Source: an uncultured Candidatus Saccharibacteria bacterium (GTDB lineage: Bacteria; Patescibacteriota; Minisyncoccia; UBA6257; JACOXY01). From it: 64,000 nt of DNA. Every line of letters begins with the position of its first letter. Within the stretch, counting starts at the first letter, position 1. A model generated the notes under the pieces. It had not been told where the DNA came from and searched no databases. It worked only from the letters and a program-made list of their open reading frames with translations. Shown here in pieces: positions 17,860 through 26,295 of this stretch. The translations under genes were made by a program, and so were the position numbers. The DNA is taken from NCBI GenBank assembly GCA_964357615.1, contig CAYHMC010000005.1, forward strand, positions 24,064-88,063, written 5' to 3'.

Positions 17860-20800
17860 TTATTTAATATTCAACTTCAAAAGAAGTGTGTTTAATTCTG
17901 TAAAAAGGAGTTTACTTGCATAAGGTATCGTTACCCATTTAATATCATTTTCTTTGCAACTTTGACAACTAGTCTCATTGGCAACCATAATTTCACATTT
18001 TTTACAAACTGGAATTTTAAAAGGATCAGAAACTTTAAATAATCTTTCATTAATAACAGAAGCGACACCATGGGCAACTAATGCATCTCTTTCCATTTCA
18101 CCAAGTTTTAGACCACCGTCTCTACTTCTGCCTTCGAGTGGTTGTCTTGTTAAATTAGTGAGACTTCCTCTTGCACGTGCATGCATTTTATCAGAAACCA
18201 TGTGTTTCAATCTCTGGTAATAAGTTGGTCCCATGAAGATTTTCGATTGAAATCTTTCTCCTGTGATACCACAATACATAGTTGTCCATCCGTATGGATC
18301 TATATACGATCCAGTCTTTGAATTGAATCCATTCTTTTTCAATCTTTCAACCAACTTATCAGCTACATTAACACTCGATTCTGTGAATGGTGTTGCATCT
18401 GCAAATGAACCTGTTTCTAAACATTCTTTTCCAAGAACACATTCAATAAGTTGATTGATTGTCATACGTCCTGGAATACAACATGGATTAATAATGATAT
18501 CTGGAACCATTCCATCTGCTGTTCTAGGCATATCGATCTCTGGAATAATAGCACCAACCGTAGCTTTCTGAGAAGATCTCGCTGCGAACTTATCTCCTAA
18601 AGTTGGTTGTCTCCATTCTCTAATTACAATTTTAATTACTTTGTAACCATTCGGATTGATTGAAACATGAACCCTATCAATGGTTCCTTCTTGATCTTGA
18701 TGAATGATGATACTTTCGTCTGTCTTTGTGTATTCACTATTTTTATTTCCAGAACAGATCACTTTTCCAATGATGACATCACCTTTTTTAACAAAGGTGC
18801 ATTCACCGTAGTATTCACCTTTTTCATTTCTGAATTTTCTAGGTCTAACAATTCCGTTTTCATCGAGCAGTGCATAGTTTGCATTTTTTCTTTTAAAAAA
18901 CTTTGTATCTGTATCTTTAATTCCAACTGTTGAAGCAGGTGGTAAACAAATTTCTTCGTAACTATAAGTATCTCTCTTTTTCTCACAGTATTCAATGGTG
19001 TAATAAGAAGTAATAGCGAATAACCCACGTTCAACAGAGGCTTTATTTAGCATACAAGAATCTTCTTGATTGTAACCCGAAAGCGCAGCGATCGCAACTA
19101 TCGCATTTAGACCAGAAGGCATTTCGTGTAGTTTTAGATACTTTGCGAGTTTGGTCGAGACAAGAGGTTTTTGTGGATAATGAAGAACATATAGATTTGT
19201 ATCTGTTCTAATGTTGTATGATTGAAGAGGAATTCCTAAAGCTTGCTTACCCATACTCGATTGGTAGCAGTTTCGTGGAGATTGGCTATGATCTGGAAAC
19301 GGAATACAACCAGCCATAATTCCAAGCATAACAAATGGATGAATCTCACAGTAATCATTCTGTTGAATCGCAAGATCTTTTTGAGTCATAGCAAGAACTT
19401 TGAATTCGATTTCAGATGGATCTAGAAATTCAACAAGTGAATTTTTAACAAGATCATTCCAATCATACTTTTCTTTGCGTTCAATAATCATTTTATTATT
19501 TTCAAGTCGCAATAAAGGTCTAATTAATCTTCCTTCATCACAGAAAATTCTTATTTCTTTGTCAACAGGATCGTAACTTATAGAAACTTCATAATTGATT
19601 ACCTGTGCACGTCTGAGTTTTAAAAATTTTGAAATTAATTTAACATGATCGTTTGTAAATCCAACAATACAACCATTCAAAAGAACGGGAATGAATACAA
19701 AATCGTATTTACAATCGTTTTCAACATCGAAGTTGTCGATTTGAATAATTTCTGGTAACTTATCAAGCACATTTCTAACTACAATTTTTTGTGTCTTTTT
19801 AGTGATATTTGCAGTCATTGATAGATTGAGAACTGTTCCAACTTTTTGACCTTCTGGAGTTTCACATGGACAAATGAAACCGTAACTAGACCCATGAATC
19901 TGTCTGATAGCAACGTTTTTTCCTTCTTTCTTACCAACAGGAATAATGATTCTTCTAAGATGTGAAAGAGACGATGCATATGTCATTCTATCAAGAACCT
20001 GTGAAACCCCCATTTTAACATACGAACCATTTTTCTGAACATTCCATGTTCCAGTGGCCATGCATTGATGAAGACCTTTTGTGATGATATTATTATTTTT
20101 GATGATGAGTGAAAGTATATCTGGTTTTTGTTTAAGTGTTGTAATACGGGATGAAATGGTGTTAATAAATTTTTTAAAAAGATTACAAAAAATTTCCGAA
20201 AAAAGCATTCCAGTGCTTTCAATTCTTTTGTTAATATAATTATCTTTACTATCTTCAGCTCTGTCTTTCTTCAAGGTTCTAAAAAGTTTATTGATCATCA
20301 TTCCAAAAAATAAAGATTGTTCCTTAATTGTGCCTGAAATTCCGAAATGAGGAAGAGATTCATTTTGAATTACTTGCCATGCATACTTGGTTTTTTCGTT
20401 ACTTGGAATTTCGTGAATGGCGTGATTAGCAATAAATTTCAAAGCTTCTTCTTGAGTTTCACAAATCAACGAATCTCTATAAATATAAAGAATTAGTTTT
20501 TCATACTTCGGATCTGGCTTGATTCTAATCAAATTACGAATATCTTTTTCTGATGGAAAACCAAACGCTTTAAAAAGAATTCCGGCTAAGATAGGTTTTC
20601 CGATATGAGGAAGAATAAATGAAATAGTTCTTTCATCGGTCTCAATAATTGCTTTAATCGAAACCGAATGATTGGTTTCATTTGACATTGAACGAACTTC
20701 AGCCGAATATTTGATCTTCTTTTCACCTTTTTGTTTGAAGACACAAATTTGATTATAAATTCCTCTCATCTGAGATACAACAGCTCTTTCTTTTCCTTTA

Positions 20801-21273
20801 ATAATAAAGTAACCACCAGAATCGTTTCTACATTCACCTTTTTCTATTCTTTGTTCTGGTGACAAAGAATAGAGATTGCAAATACACGATCGAAGCATAA
20901 TTGGCAATCTACCAATCATGATTTTATTGTGTTCTTTAACGGTTTCATTTTTATTTTCCGAATTTGAATTAGTTTCAATAATATTACAAAAGATAGGGCA
21001 ATCATAAGTCAGAATTCTTCTTCTTGCATCAAAGGGAAATAAAGGATGCAGTTCCCTGTTTGTCTCACAGATAAAAGATTGACCCAAACAAACGTTTTCA
21101 AATTTAATCGAATATCCTTGTGATGAAATCACAGAATTCTGTTCAATGATCTCTTGAAGACCGTATGTTACAAAATCATTAAAGGATGATATTTGACAAT
21201 CAACCAAAGAAACTGCACGAAAATACGAATCGAGTATATTCCAAATATATTTTTCTTCAAGATGAGTTTCCAT
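17860..21273 (-). CDS. RPB2: DNA-directed RNA polymerase second-largest subunit (RPB2)
   Basis: Conserved Rpb2 blocks: GDKFAARSSQKATVG, GMVPDIIINPCCIPGRMTINQLIE, GITGERFQSKIFMGPTYYQRLKHMVSDKMHARARG, PLEGRSRDGGLKLGEMERDALVAHG. Track ORF start 21309 is an artefact of the ATG inside the upstream motif; the likely start is ATG ~21273 (METHLEEK). About 1137 aa, no intein. Confidence 0.9.
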   Translation of the reverse strand: METHLEEKYIWNILDSYFRAVSLVDCQISSFNDFVTYGLQEIIEQNSVISSQGYSIKFENVCLGQSFICETNRELHPLFPFDARRRILTYDCPIFCNIIETNSNSENKNETVKEHNKIMIGRLPIMLRSCICNLYSLSPEQRIEKGECRNDSGGYFIIKGKERAVVSQMRGIYNQICVFKQKGEKKIKYSAEVRSMSNETNHSVSIKAIIETDERTISFILPHIGKPILAGILFKAFGFPSEKDIRNLIRIKPDPKYEKLILYIYRDSLICETQEEALKFIANHAIHEIPSNEKTKYAWQVIQNESLPHFGISGTIKEQSLFFGMMINKLFRTLKKDRAEDSKDNYINKRIESTGMLFSEIFCNLFKKFINTISSRITTLKQKPDILSLIIKNNNIITKGLHQCMATGTWNVQKNGSYVKMGVSQVLDRMTYASSLSHLRRIIIPVGKKEGKNVAIRQIHGSSYGFICPCETPEGQKVGTVLNLSMTANITKKTQKIVVRNVLDKLPEIIQIDNFDVENDCKYDFVFIPVLLNGCIVGFTNDHVKLISKFLKLRRAQVINYEVSISYDPVDKEIRIFCDEGRLIRPLLRLENNKMIIERKEKYDWNDLVKNSLVEFLDPSEIEFKVLAMTQKDLAIQQNDYCEIHPFVMLGIMAGCIPFPDHSQSPRNCYQSSMGKQALGIPLQSYNIRTDTNLYVLHYPQKPLVSTKLAKYLKLHEMPSGLNAIVAIAALSGYNQEDSCMLNKASVERGLFAITSYYTIEYCEKKRDTYSYEEICLPPASTVGIKDTDTKFFKRKNANYALLDENGIVRPRKFRNEKGEYYGECTFVKKGDVIIGKVICSGNKNSEYTKTDESIIIHQDQEGTIDRVHVSINPNGYKVIKIVIREWRQPTLGDKFAARSSQKATVGAIIPEIDMPRTADGMVPDIIINPCCIPGRMTINQLIECVLGKECLETGSFADATPFTESSVNVADKLVERLKKNGFNSKTGSYIDPYGWTTMYCGITGERFQSKIFMGPTYYQRLKHMVSDKMHARARGSLTNLTRQPLEGRSRDGGLKLGEMERDALVAHGVASVINERLFKVSDPFKIPVCKKCEIMVANETSCQSCKENDIKWVTIPYASKLLFTELNTLLLKLNIK

Positions 21274-21276
21274 TTT

Positions 21277-21322
21277 TAATTTTTTTTTCGAAAAAAAAAT
21301 TAAAATCATTTTTAAAAATTTT
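21277..21322 (-). promoter_or_regulatory. Class-1 upstream motif for RPB2
   Basis: In gene orientation reads TTTTTAAAAATGATTTTAATTTTTTTTTCGAAAAAAAAATTAAAA then ATG. Confidence 0.5.
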
Positions 21323-21330
21323 TATTGAGT

Positions 21331-22272
21331 TTACTTTTTAACATATTTCAAAGCATCTCTGTCCTGTTTTACAGCTTCTAAACAGATTCCTTCTGTTTGG
21401 TTTTTAACATAGCATAAAACACACCCATTCTTTTTTACAGCTTCTAAACACATCTCTTCAGTTTGGTTTTTAACATACTCTAAAGCCATTCCATCCTGTT
21501 TTACAGCTTCTAAACACACTTTTTCAGTTTGGTTTTTAACAAAATACAAAGCATGTCCATCCTGTTTTACAGCTTCTAAACACACTTTTTCAGTTTGGTT
21601 TTCGACATACTGTAAAGCCCATCCATAATTTCTAACAGCTTCTAAACAGATTTCTTCAGTTTGGTTTTTAACAGAAAACAAAGCATTTCCATCCTGTTTT
21701 ACAGCTTCTAAACATATTTTTTCAGTTTGGTTTTTAACAAAAGACAAAGCATTTACATCCTGTTTTACAGCTTCTAAACAAATTCCTTCAGTTTGATTTT
21801 TAACAAACAGTAAAGCATATCCATCCTGTTTTACAGCTTCTAAACAGATTTCTTCAGTTTGGTTTTTAACATACTGTAAAGCATATCCATTCTTTTTTAC
21901 AGCTTCTAAACAGATTTTTTCAGTTTGGTTTTTAACATACTTCAAAACCAATCCATCCCGTTTTACAGCTTCCAAACAGAATTCTTTATTTTCCCATTCA
22001 TTCCAATCTTGCAAATCGACAACTTTTTCAATAAAGATAGAACTAGCTTTGCTTTTATTTTCAAAATAACAAACTTTTGCCGTTTCAGGAATAGTAATAA
22101 AAGCTAATTTAGAACCGTAACTCAGCCATGATCCAATGTCTTCTTTTTTACAGAAATGAAGACCTTTTTCGCATTCTTTATCGTTGAATTCAGATGTATC
22201 AATATTCAACCCTAGTTGATATTGAAAACCATTGTGTTTCATTTCATTGTTTAAAACTTTGTAGTATTGCAT
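21331..22272 (-). CDS. DUF4116-like repeat protein, paralog (~314 aa)
   Basis: MQYYKVLNNEMKHNGFQYQLGLNIDTS N-terminal domain plus about 10 repeats. Track ORF (to 22353) is extended through the promoter ATG; the real start is ATG ~22272. Confidence 0.65.
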   Translation of the reverse strand: MQYYKVLNNEMKHNGFQYQLGLNIDTSEFNDKECEKGLHFCKKEDIGSWLSYGSKLAFITIPETAKVCYFENKSKASSIFIEKVVDLQDWNEWENKEFCLEAVKRDGLVLKYVKNQTEKICLEAVKKNGYALQYVKNQTEEICLEAVKQDGYALLFVKNQTEGICLEAVKQDVNALSFVKNQTEKICLEAVKQDGNALFSVKNQTEEICLEAVRNYGWALQYVENQTEKVCLEAVKQDGHALYFVKNQTEKVCLEAVKQDGMALEYVKNQTEEMCLEAVKKNGCVLCYVKNQTEGICLEAVKQDRDALKYVKK

Positions 22273-22325
22273 TTTAATTTTTTTTTGAAAAAAATTAAAA
22301 ATCATTTTTTTATTTTTAAAAATAA

Positions 22326-22664
22326 ATGAAACTGGGATGGATTTTGTTTTCAATTGTTATTTTAATACTTTTAATTGTTTTGATTCTGGTTTTGATCTAT
22401 AAAAAGAAAGAAAAGTTTCTTTCGACAACAGACCAAACCCAAAACGAAAGTGATCGAAGTGATCGAAGTGACGGAGACGATTGGAACGATTGGAGCGATG
22501 ATTCTAGTATTTACAATGGTTTCGTCTTGATCGATTCGAAAACAAATCGTGTCAGAAACGATTTGATACCATCACTTCCAAAATCATCTAAATGGAGTAA
22601 AAGACGATATTTAGAAAGTAATAGAAGAAAACTTCCAATTGGGTTGCAACAAAACAATCTTTAA
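22326..22664 (+). CDS. Small membrane protein with acidic SDRSD/DDW-rich tail (112 aa)
   Basis: N-terminal TM ILFSIVILILLIVLILVLI; short direct repeats (SDRSDRSDGDDWNDWSDD). Start context aaaaataaATG. Confidence 0.35.
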   Translation: MKLGWILFSIVILILLIVLILVLIYKKKEKFLSTTDQTQNESDRSDRSDGDDWNDWSDDSSIYNGFVLIDSKTNRVRNDLIPSLPKSSKWSKRRYLESNRRKLPIGLQQNNL

Positions 22665-22691
22665 TTTTTTTAATTTTTGAAATTAAAAAAA

Positions 22692-23477
22692 TTATTTCGG
22701 TTTAGGAAAATTATTATTTCCACTCATCATCATGCTTGACACCATACTCATCATACTACCTAAATTTGGCTGTTCACCGTTGTTCATACTACCGACCATT
22801 GTATCAATTAATGATACAGCTTGCTTAGCATCTGGGTCGTCACCCACTTGATCTTTCAATGAACCAACCATTTTTTGAACAGACCCAAGTAATTTACTCA
22901 TATCCAATTGACCATTTTTAAGACCGCTTTCCATGCTTCCAAGTATATCTGTCATTAAACCAGATTTCATAAGCGACGAAATGGCTTCTGTTGGAGATGC
23001 ATTTGGATCGATATTTTTTCCTACTTTGTCAATCATATCGCTAAGAAAGTCTGTTTCACCAACTTTTTCGTCTTCATTTTTGTTTTCTGAAATATTTTTA
23101 AGAATGTTTTTAGCGTTTCCTGCAGGATCGAGAATAGCACTTATAGTTAGAAGATGTCTCCAGATAATAGGCTTCGTATCCGGATCTGCAATATCAAAAA
23201 CATGCGAGAAATTAATATAGACTTTATTAGAATAAGTAACTGTGTTTGTCTTGATTTTTGAAGAATTGTTTTCGTAGATTGCATCACGGTTCTGAACACA
23301 AAAATCACGAAAAATTGAAACATGTTTATCAATTGCTTCTACATGACCAATCTGGGTTTGATTAATTAATCTGTGATACAATCTAAGTGGTTTGTATTTG
23401 GAACCATAAACAGATGTGAGATCATTGACAAAATTACAAATAGTTCTAAATGCTAGAAAAGTAACTTCGTTATTCAT
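22692..23477 (-). CDS. Hypothetical protein (261 aa)
   Basis: ORF with Met/Ser-rich C-terminus; no recognisable motif. Confidence 0.4.
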   Translation of the reverse strand: MNNEVTFLAFRTICNFVNDLTSVYGSKYKPLRLYHRLINQTQIGHVEAIDKHVSIFRDFCVQNRDAIYENNSSKIKTNTVTYSNKVYINFSHVFDIADPDTKPIIWRHLLTISAILDPAGNAKNILKNISENKNEDEKVGETDFLSDMIDKVGKNIDPNASPTEAISSLMKSGLMTDILGSMESGLKNGQLDMSKLLGSVQKMVGSLKDQVGDDPDAKQAVSLIDTMVGSMNNGEQPNLGSMMSMVSSMMMSGNNNFPKPK

Positions 23478-23497
23478 TTTAAAAACATTTTTTATCT

Positions 23498-24145
23498 TTA
23501 ATTATTTTTTGAATTCGCAACAAATAAAAAAAAGTCACCAAGAATGTTCAAATATTTTATAATTTCTTCTTCTGGAATTAAACCCAGATTTTGATTCTTT
23601 GAAGCGATAATCTGCCTTTCAGATCTTCTTATTAATGTTCTTATATATAAAAGGTGACTTTGAACTACGGATTGGCCTGGAAGAATCATTAAATAATCTT
23701 TCTTTTCAAGGCATTTGTTTTCTTCATTTGAGGAGTTTGTTGAACTTGACGCGTTCGTAATCTTATTAATTTCTTCCTGTATTTCAGCTACATTTTTTTC
23801 GTATATTCTAGAAAATCTTGTCTTTTCATATTGAGCAAGATTCTTTTTGCTAGTTGACAATGAACCTATTATATATAAAATAGTTTCTTGAATCTGAGTT
23901 AGTCTTGCAAATAAAAATATTTTATAAGATTGTTGAGAGTTATAAAATTGGGCTTTAACCAATCCTATATAAGCATTTAATTCTTCTAAAGTTCCAATTG
24001 AAGCGAAAATCTTGTCTGCTTTAGAAAGTTTTTCACCATTGGCTAAAATCCCTTCATTAACAGATTTTTTATTTTTCTTTAAATCATAATTTTCTTCCGA
24101 ATGCATGCTTTCAGAATATGAATCTTTTTTTTTGAATTTAGACAT
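23498..24145 (-). CDS. Hypothetical protein (215 aa)
   Basis: ORF; no motif recognised. Confidence 0.4.
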   Translation of the reverse strand: MSKFKKKDSYSESMHSEENYDLKKNKKSVNEGILANGEKLSKADKIFASIGTLEELNAYIGLVKAQFYNSQQSYKIFLFARLTQIQETILYIIGSLSTSKKNLAQYEKTRFSRIYEKNVAEIQEEINKITNASSSTNSSNEENKCLEKKDYLMILPGQSVVQSHLLYIRTLIRRSERQIIASKNQNLGLIPEEEIIKYLNILGDFFLFVANSKNN

Positions 24146-24192
24146 CTTTTATAATTTTGAAAATTATTTTAAAGATTAATTGAAAATTATAA

Positions 24193-24708
24193 ATGCCAAG
24201 AAGTGAATCAGAAAGTAGTTATTCTGAAAGTAGTTATTCTGAAAGTGAATCTGAAACTGAGTCAGAGTATGAGAGTGAATATGAAAGGGGGTATGAAAGC
24301 CACTCAGAGAGCGACGAATCATTTGAATCCGATGAATCAGACTATTCTGAATATTCATCTTCTGACGAAGAAGATCACGATGAAGACGACGATGATGAAG
24401 ACGATGAAGACGACGATGAAGATACTACTGAAACGGATGAAAGTAAACCTGCAACACCTGTTGTTCATTGTTGTCAAAAAGATCTCTTCGTTATTGAAGA
24501 GGACGACAATGAAGAAAAAAAACAAAGAAAAAAGAAAACTAAATCTGGTTACGATATCTTTTGTTCAATCGAAAGACAAAAAATTAAAGAGGAACACAGC
24601 GATTGGAGACTTCCACAAGTTTCGAAAGAACTTGGATTGCGATGGAGATCTCTTTCACAACCAGAAAGAGACAAATACAACACAGAAGCATCTCAACTAA
24701 AAAACTGA
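24193..24708 (+). CDS. Acidic HMG-box protein (171 aa)
   Basis: N-terminal ~90 aa poly-acidic Ser/Glu/Asp tract. C-terminal KSGYDIFCSIERQKIKEEHSDWRLPQVSKELGLRWRSLSQPERDKYNTEA fits the HMG-box consensus (compare SOX/HMGB box ...SQIERRKI...ISKRLGKRWK.LSE.EK.P...EA). Confidence 0.6.
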   Translation: MPRSESESSYSESSYSESESETESEYESEYERGYESHSESDESFESDESDYSEYSSSDEEDHDEDDDDEDDEDDDEDTTETDESKPATPVVHCCQKDLFVIEEDDNEEKKQRKKKTKSGYDIFCSIERQKIKEEHSDWRLPQVSKELGLRWRSLSQPERDKYNTEASQLKN

Positions 24709-24745
24709 TTTTTAAAAATGAATTTTAACATTTTTAAAAAATAAA
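24706..24745 (+). promoter_or_regulatory. Class-1-like upstream motif (CTGATTTTTAAAAATGAATTTTAACATTTTTAAAAAATAAAATAA) for gene 24750
   Basis: Motif instance immediately upstream of ATG 24750. Confidence 0.45.
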
Positions 24746-24749
24746 ATAA

Positions 24750-26270
24750 ATGCTTGGTGTTTCCCTTTCTAATCTTGTTTCAAAATTAGAATTGAAACAA
24801 AAAGAAAGTTTGTTTACAATTAAAACTCTTGAAAAAAATATAATAAACCTGAAAAACATGTATAGAAAAGAAATGTTAAAAAATAATATTTTAACATTTC
24901 TTCTCGAGAAGAATACTAACATTTCGGTTTCAAAATTATTTGATGAAACTGAAAGTAACAAAAAGATTCTTCTTAATATTCATGACGATATTGATCTATC
25001 TTTTCTGGTTCAAAATAAAAATCAACTTTTCGAAATAGATGTCAATGGTAATTTAACAGAAAAGATAGACGAAAAAGATGAAAAAGAAAAAGAAGAGGTA
25101 TCATCCGAAAGTAATGAATCGGAAAAAGAAATCAAAACAGAAAAAGAAGACAAGGATGAATCGAAAAAAATAACATTTAGATGTATTAAGAAAGCGGAAA
25201 ATGAAAAGACAGTAGAAGAAACCGAAGAAAAGATTAAGAAAATCGATGAAACTTTTAATACTATTAAAAGCGAACACACTGATGTTTCTTATAAGGAAAC
25301 TGTAAATATGATTGAAAATATATTCTCAACCATCTCAAAAGCAAGAGTTCATAAAAAAGATTTAGATTCTCTAAAGTTAACCAGATTTAAACTTTTAGGA
25401 AAACTAAATATCGATGCTTACATTAGTCTTCTCAATGATAATATTAGTAAACTCAAGGCTACTTTCGTTTCTAAAAAATACGATGAGAAAAGAATAACAG
25501 AACTTATTCAAAGATCTTTGAATGGTCTTGAAAGCCGTTTAATTTACTTTGATTCGTATTATAACACAGAAATAACACCAGATGAACAATTCAAACTGAA
25601 ATCCGTCTTAAAAATCCATATGGATTATTCTAAGCGATATATTCCTTTCAATATCGAAGATATTTGTAAAAAGTTTTACAATTACGGAATCGTTATATTT
25701 ACTCTCAAAGAAAATATGTTAAGAATCCTTAACAATCCTTACAAATTTTTCAATATTATTTATATAAAACCTGAGAAAACAAACACAGAAGATCCCTATA
25801 GTTTTTATTATTTGGAAAAGATAAATTCAGACGGAAAGCGATTCTGGAAAATGGATTGTAGATTGGAAGAAATAAGTAAAAACATATCTTTTGCTTTGAA
25901 GACATATTGTGTCAATCTTTTTCGAAAAATCTATTTCGATATTTTTCAAGATAACTTGTATAGAAGGGATTACACAGAAAAAGCCATTATTGCTAGAGAA
26001 GACCTTGAACAACTGCTTCAAAATATTCTAAAACTTGTAAGAAAAAAAGAGTTTTGTCTTGGCCTTCAAGATATGATTATTTCTAATTGCACCATATCTC
26101 CAACTATTTTAGACAAGTTTAATCTTATGAGCGATGACAAAGTTTCTAAAAAGAACTTTTCAACAGAGACTGATAAAAAAGAGGATTCGGAAGATGTCTT
26201 AAGACATCTTTTTGACAAACTTTCTAAAGACGATTTAGATTTTTTAATTGCAACCAAATGCGATTTTTAA
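24750..26270 (+). CDS. Hypothetical K/E-rich protein (506 aa)
   Basis: Long ORF; central acidic/Lys-rich tract; no enzymatic motif recognised. Confidence 0.45.
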   Translation: MLGVSLSNLVSKLELKQKESLFTIKTLEKNIINLKNMYRKEMLKNNILTFLLEKNTNISVSKLFDETESNKKILLNIHDDIDLSFLVQNKNQLFEIDVNGNLTEKIDEKDEKEKEEVSSESNESEKEIKTEKEDKDESKKITFRCIKKAENEKTVEETEEKIKKIDETFNTIKSEHTDVSYKETVNMIENIFSTISKARVHKKDLDSLKLTRFKLLGKLNIDAYISLLNDNISKLKATFVSKKYDEKRITELIQRSLNGLESRLIYFDSYYNTEITPDEQFKLKSVLKIHMDYSKRYIPFNIEDICKKFYNYGIVIFTLKENMLRILNNPYKFFNIIYIKPEKTNTEDPYSFYYLEKINSDGKRFWKMDCRLEEISKNISFALKTYCVNLFRKIYFDIFQDNLYRRDYTEKAIIAREDLEQLLQNILKLVRKKEFCLGLQDMIISNCTISPTILDKFNLMSDDKVSKKNFSTETDKKEDSEDVLRHLFDKLSKDDLDFLIATKCDF

Positions 26271-26295
26271 ATTTTTTTTAAAATTTAAAAATAAA

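Noticed and set aside
15309-22272. Regularly spaced ~66-bp direct repeats that could superficially resemble a CRISPR array
   Set aside because: The repeats are in-frame coding repeats (22-aa protein units) inside long ORFs. Repeat and spacer are not distinct and there are no cas genes. This is a eukaryotic-virus context.
24203-24700. Alternative-frame 165-aa ORF overlapping the HMG-box gene
   Set aside because: Same strand, shifted frame, with a low-complexity K/M/T-rich product. The HMG-box frame has clear domain evidence.
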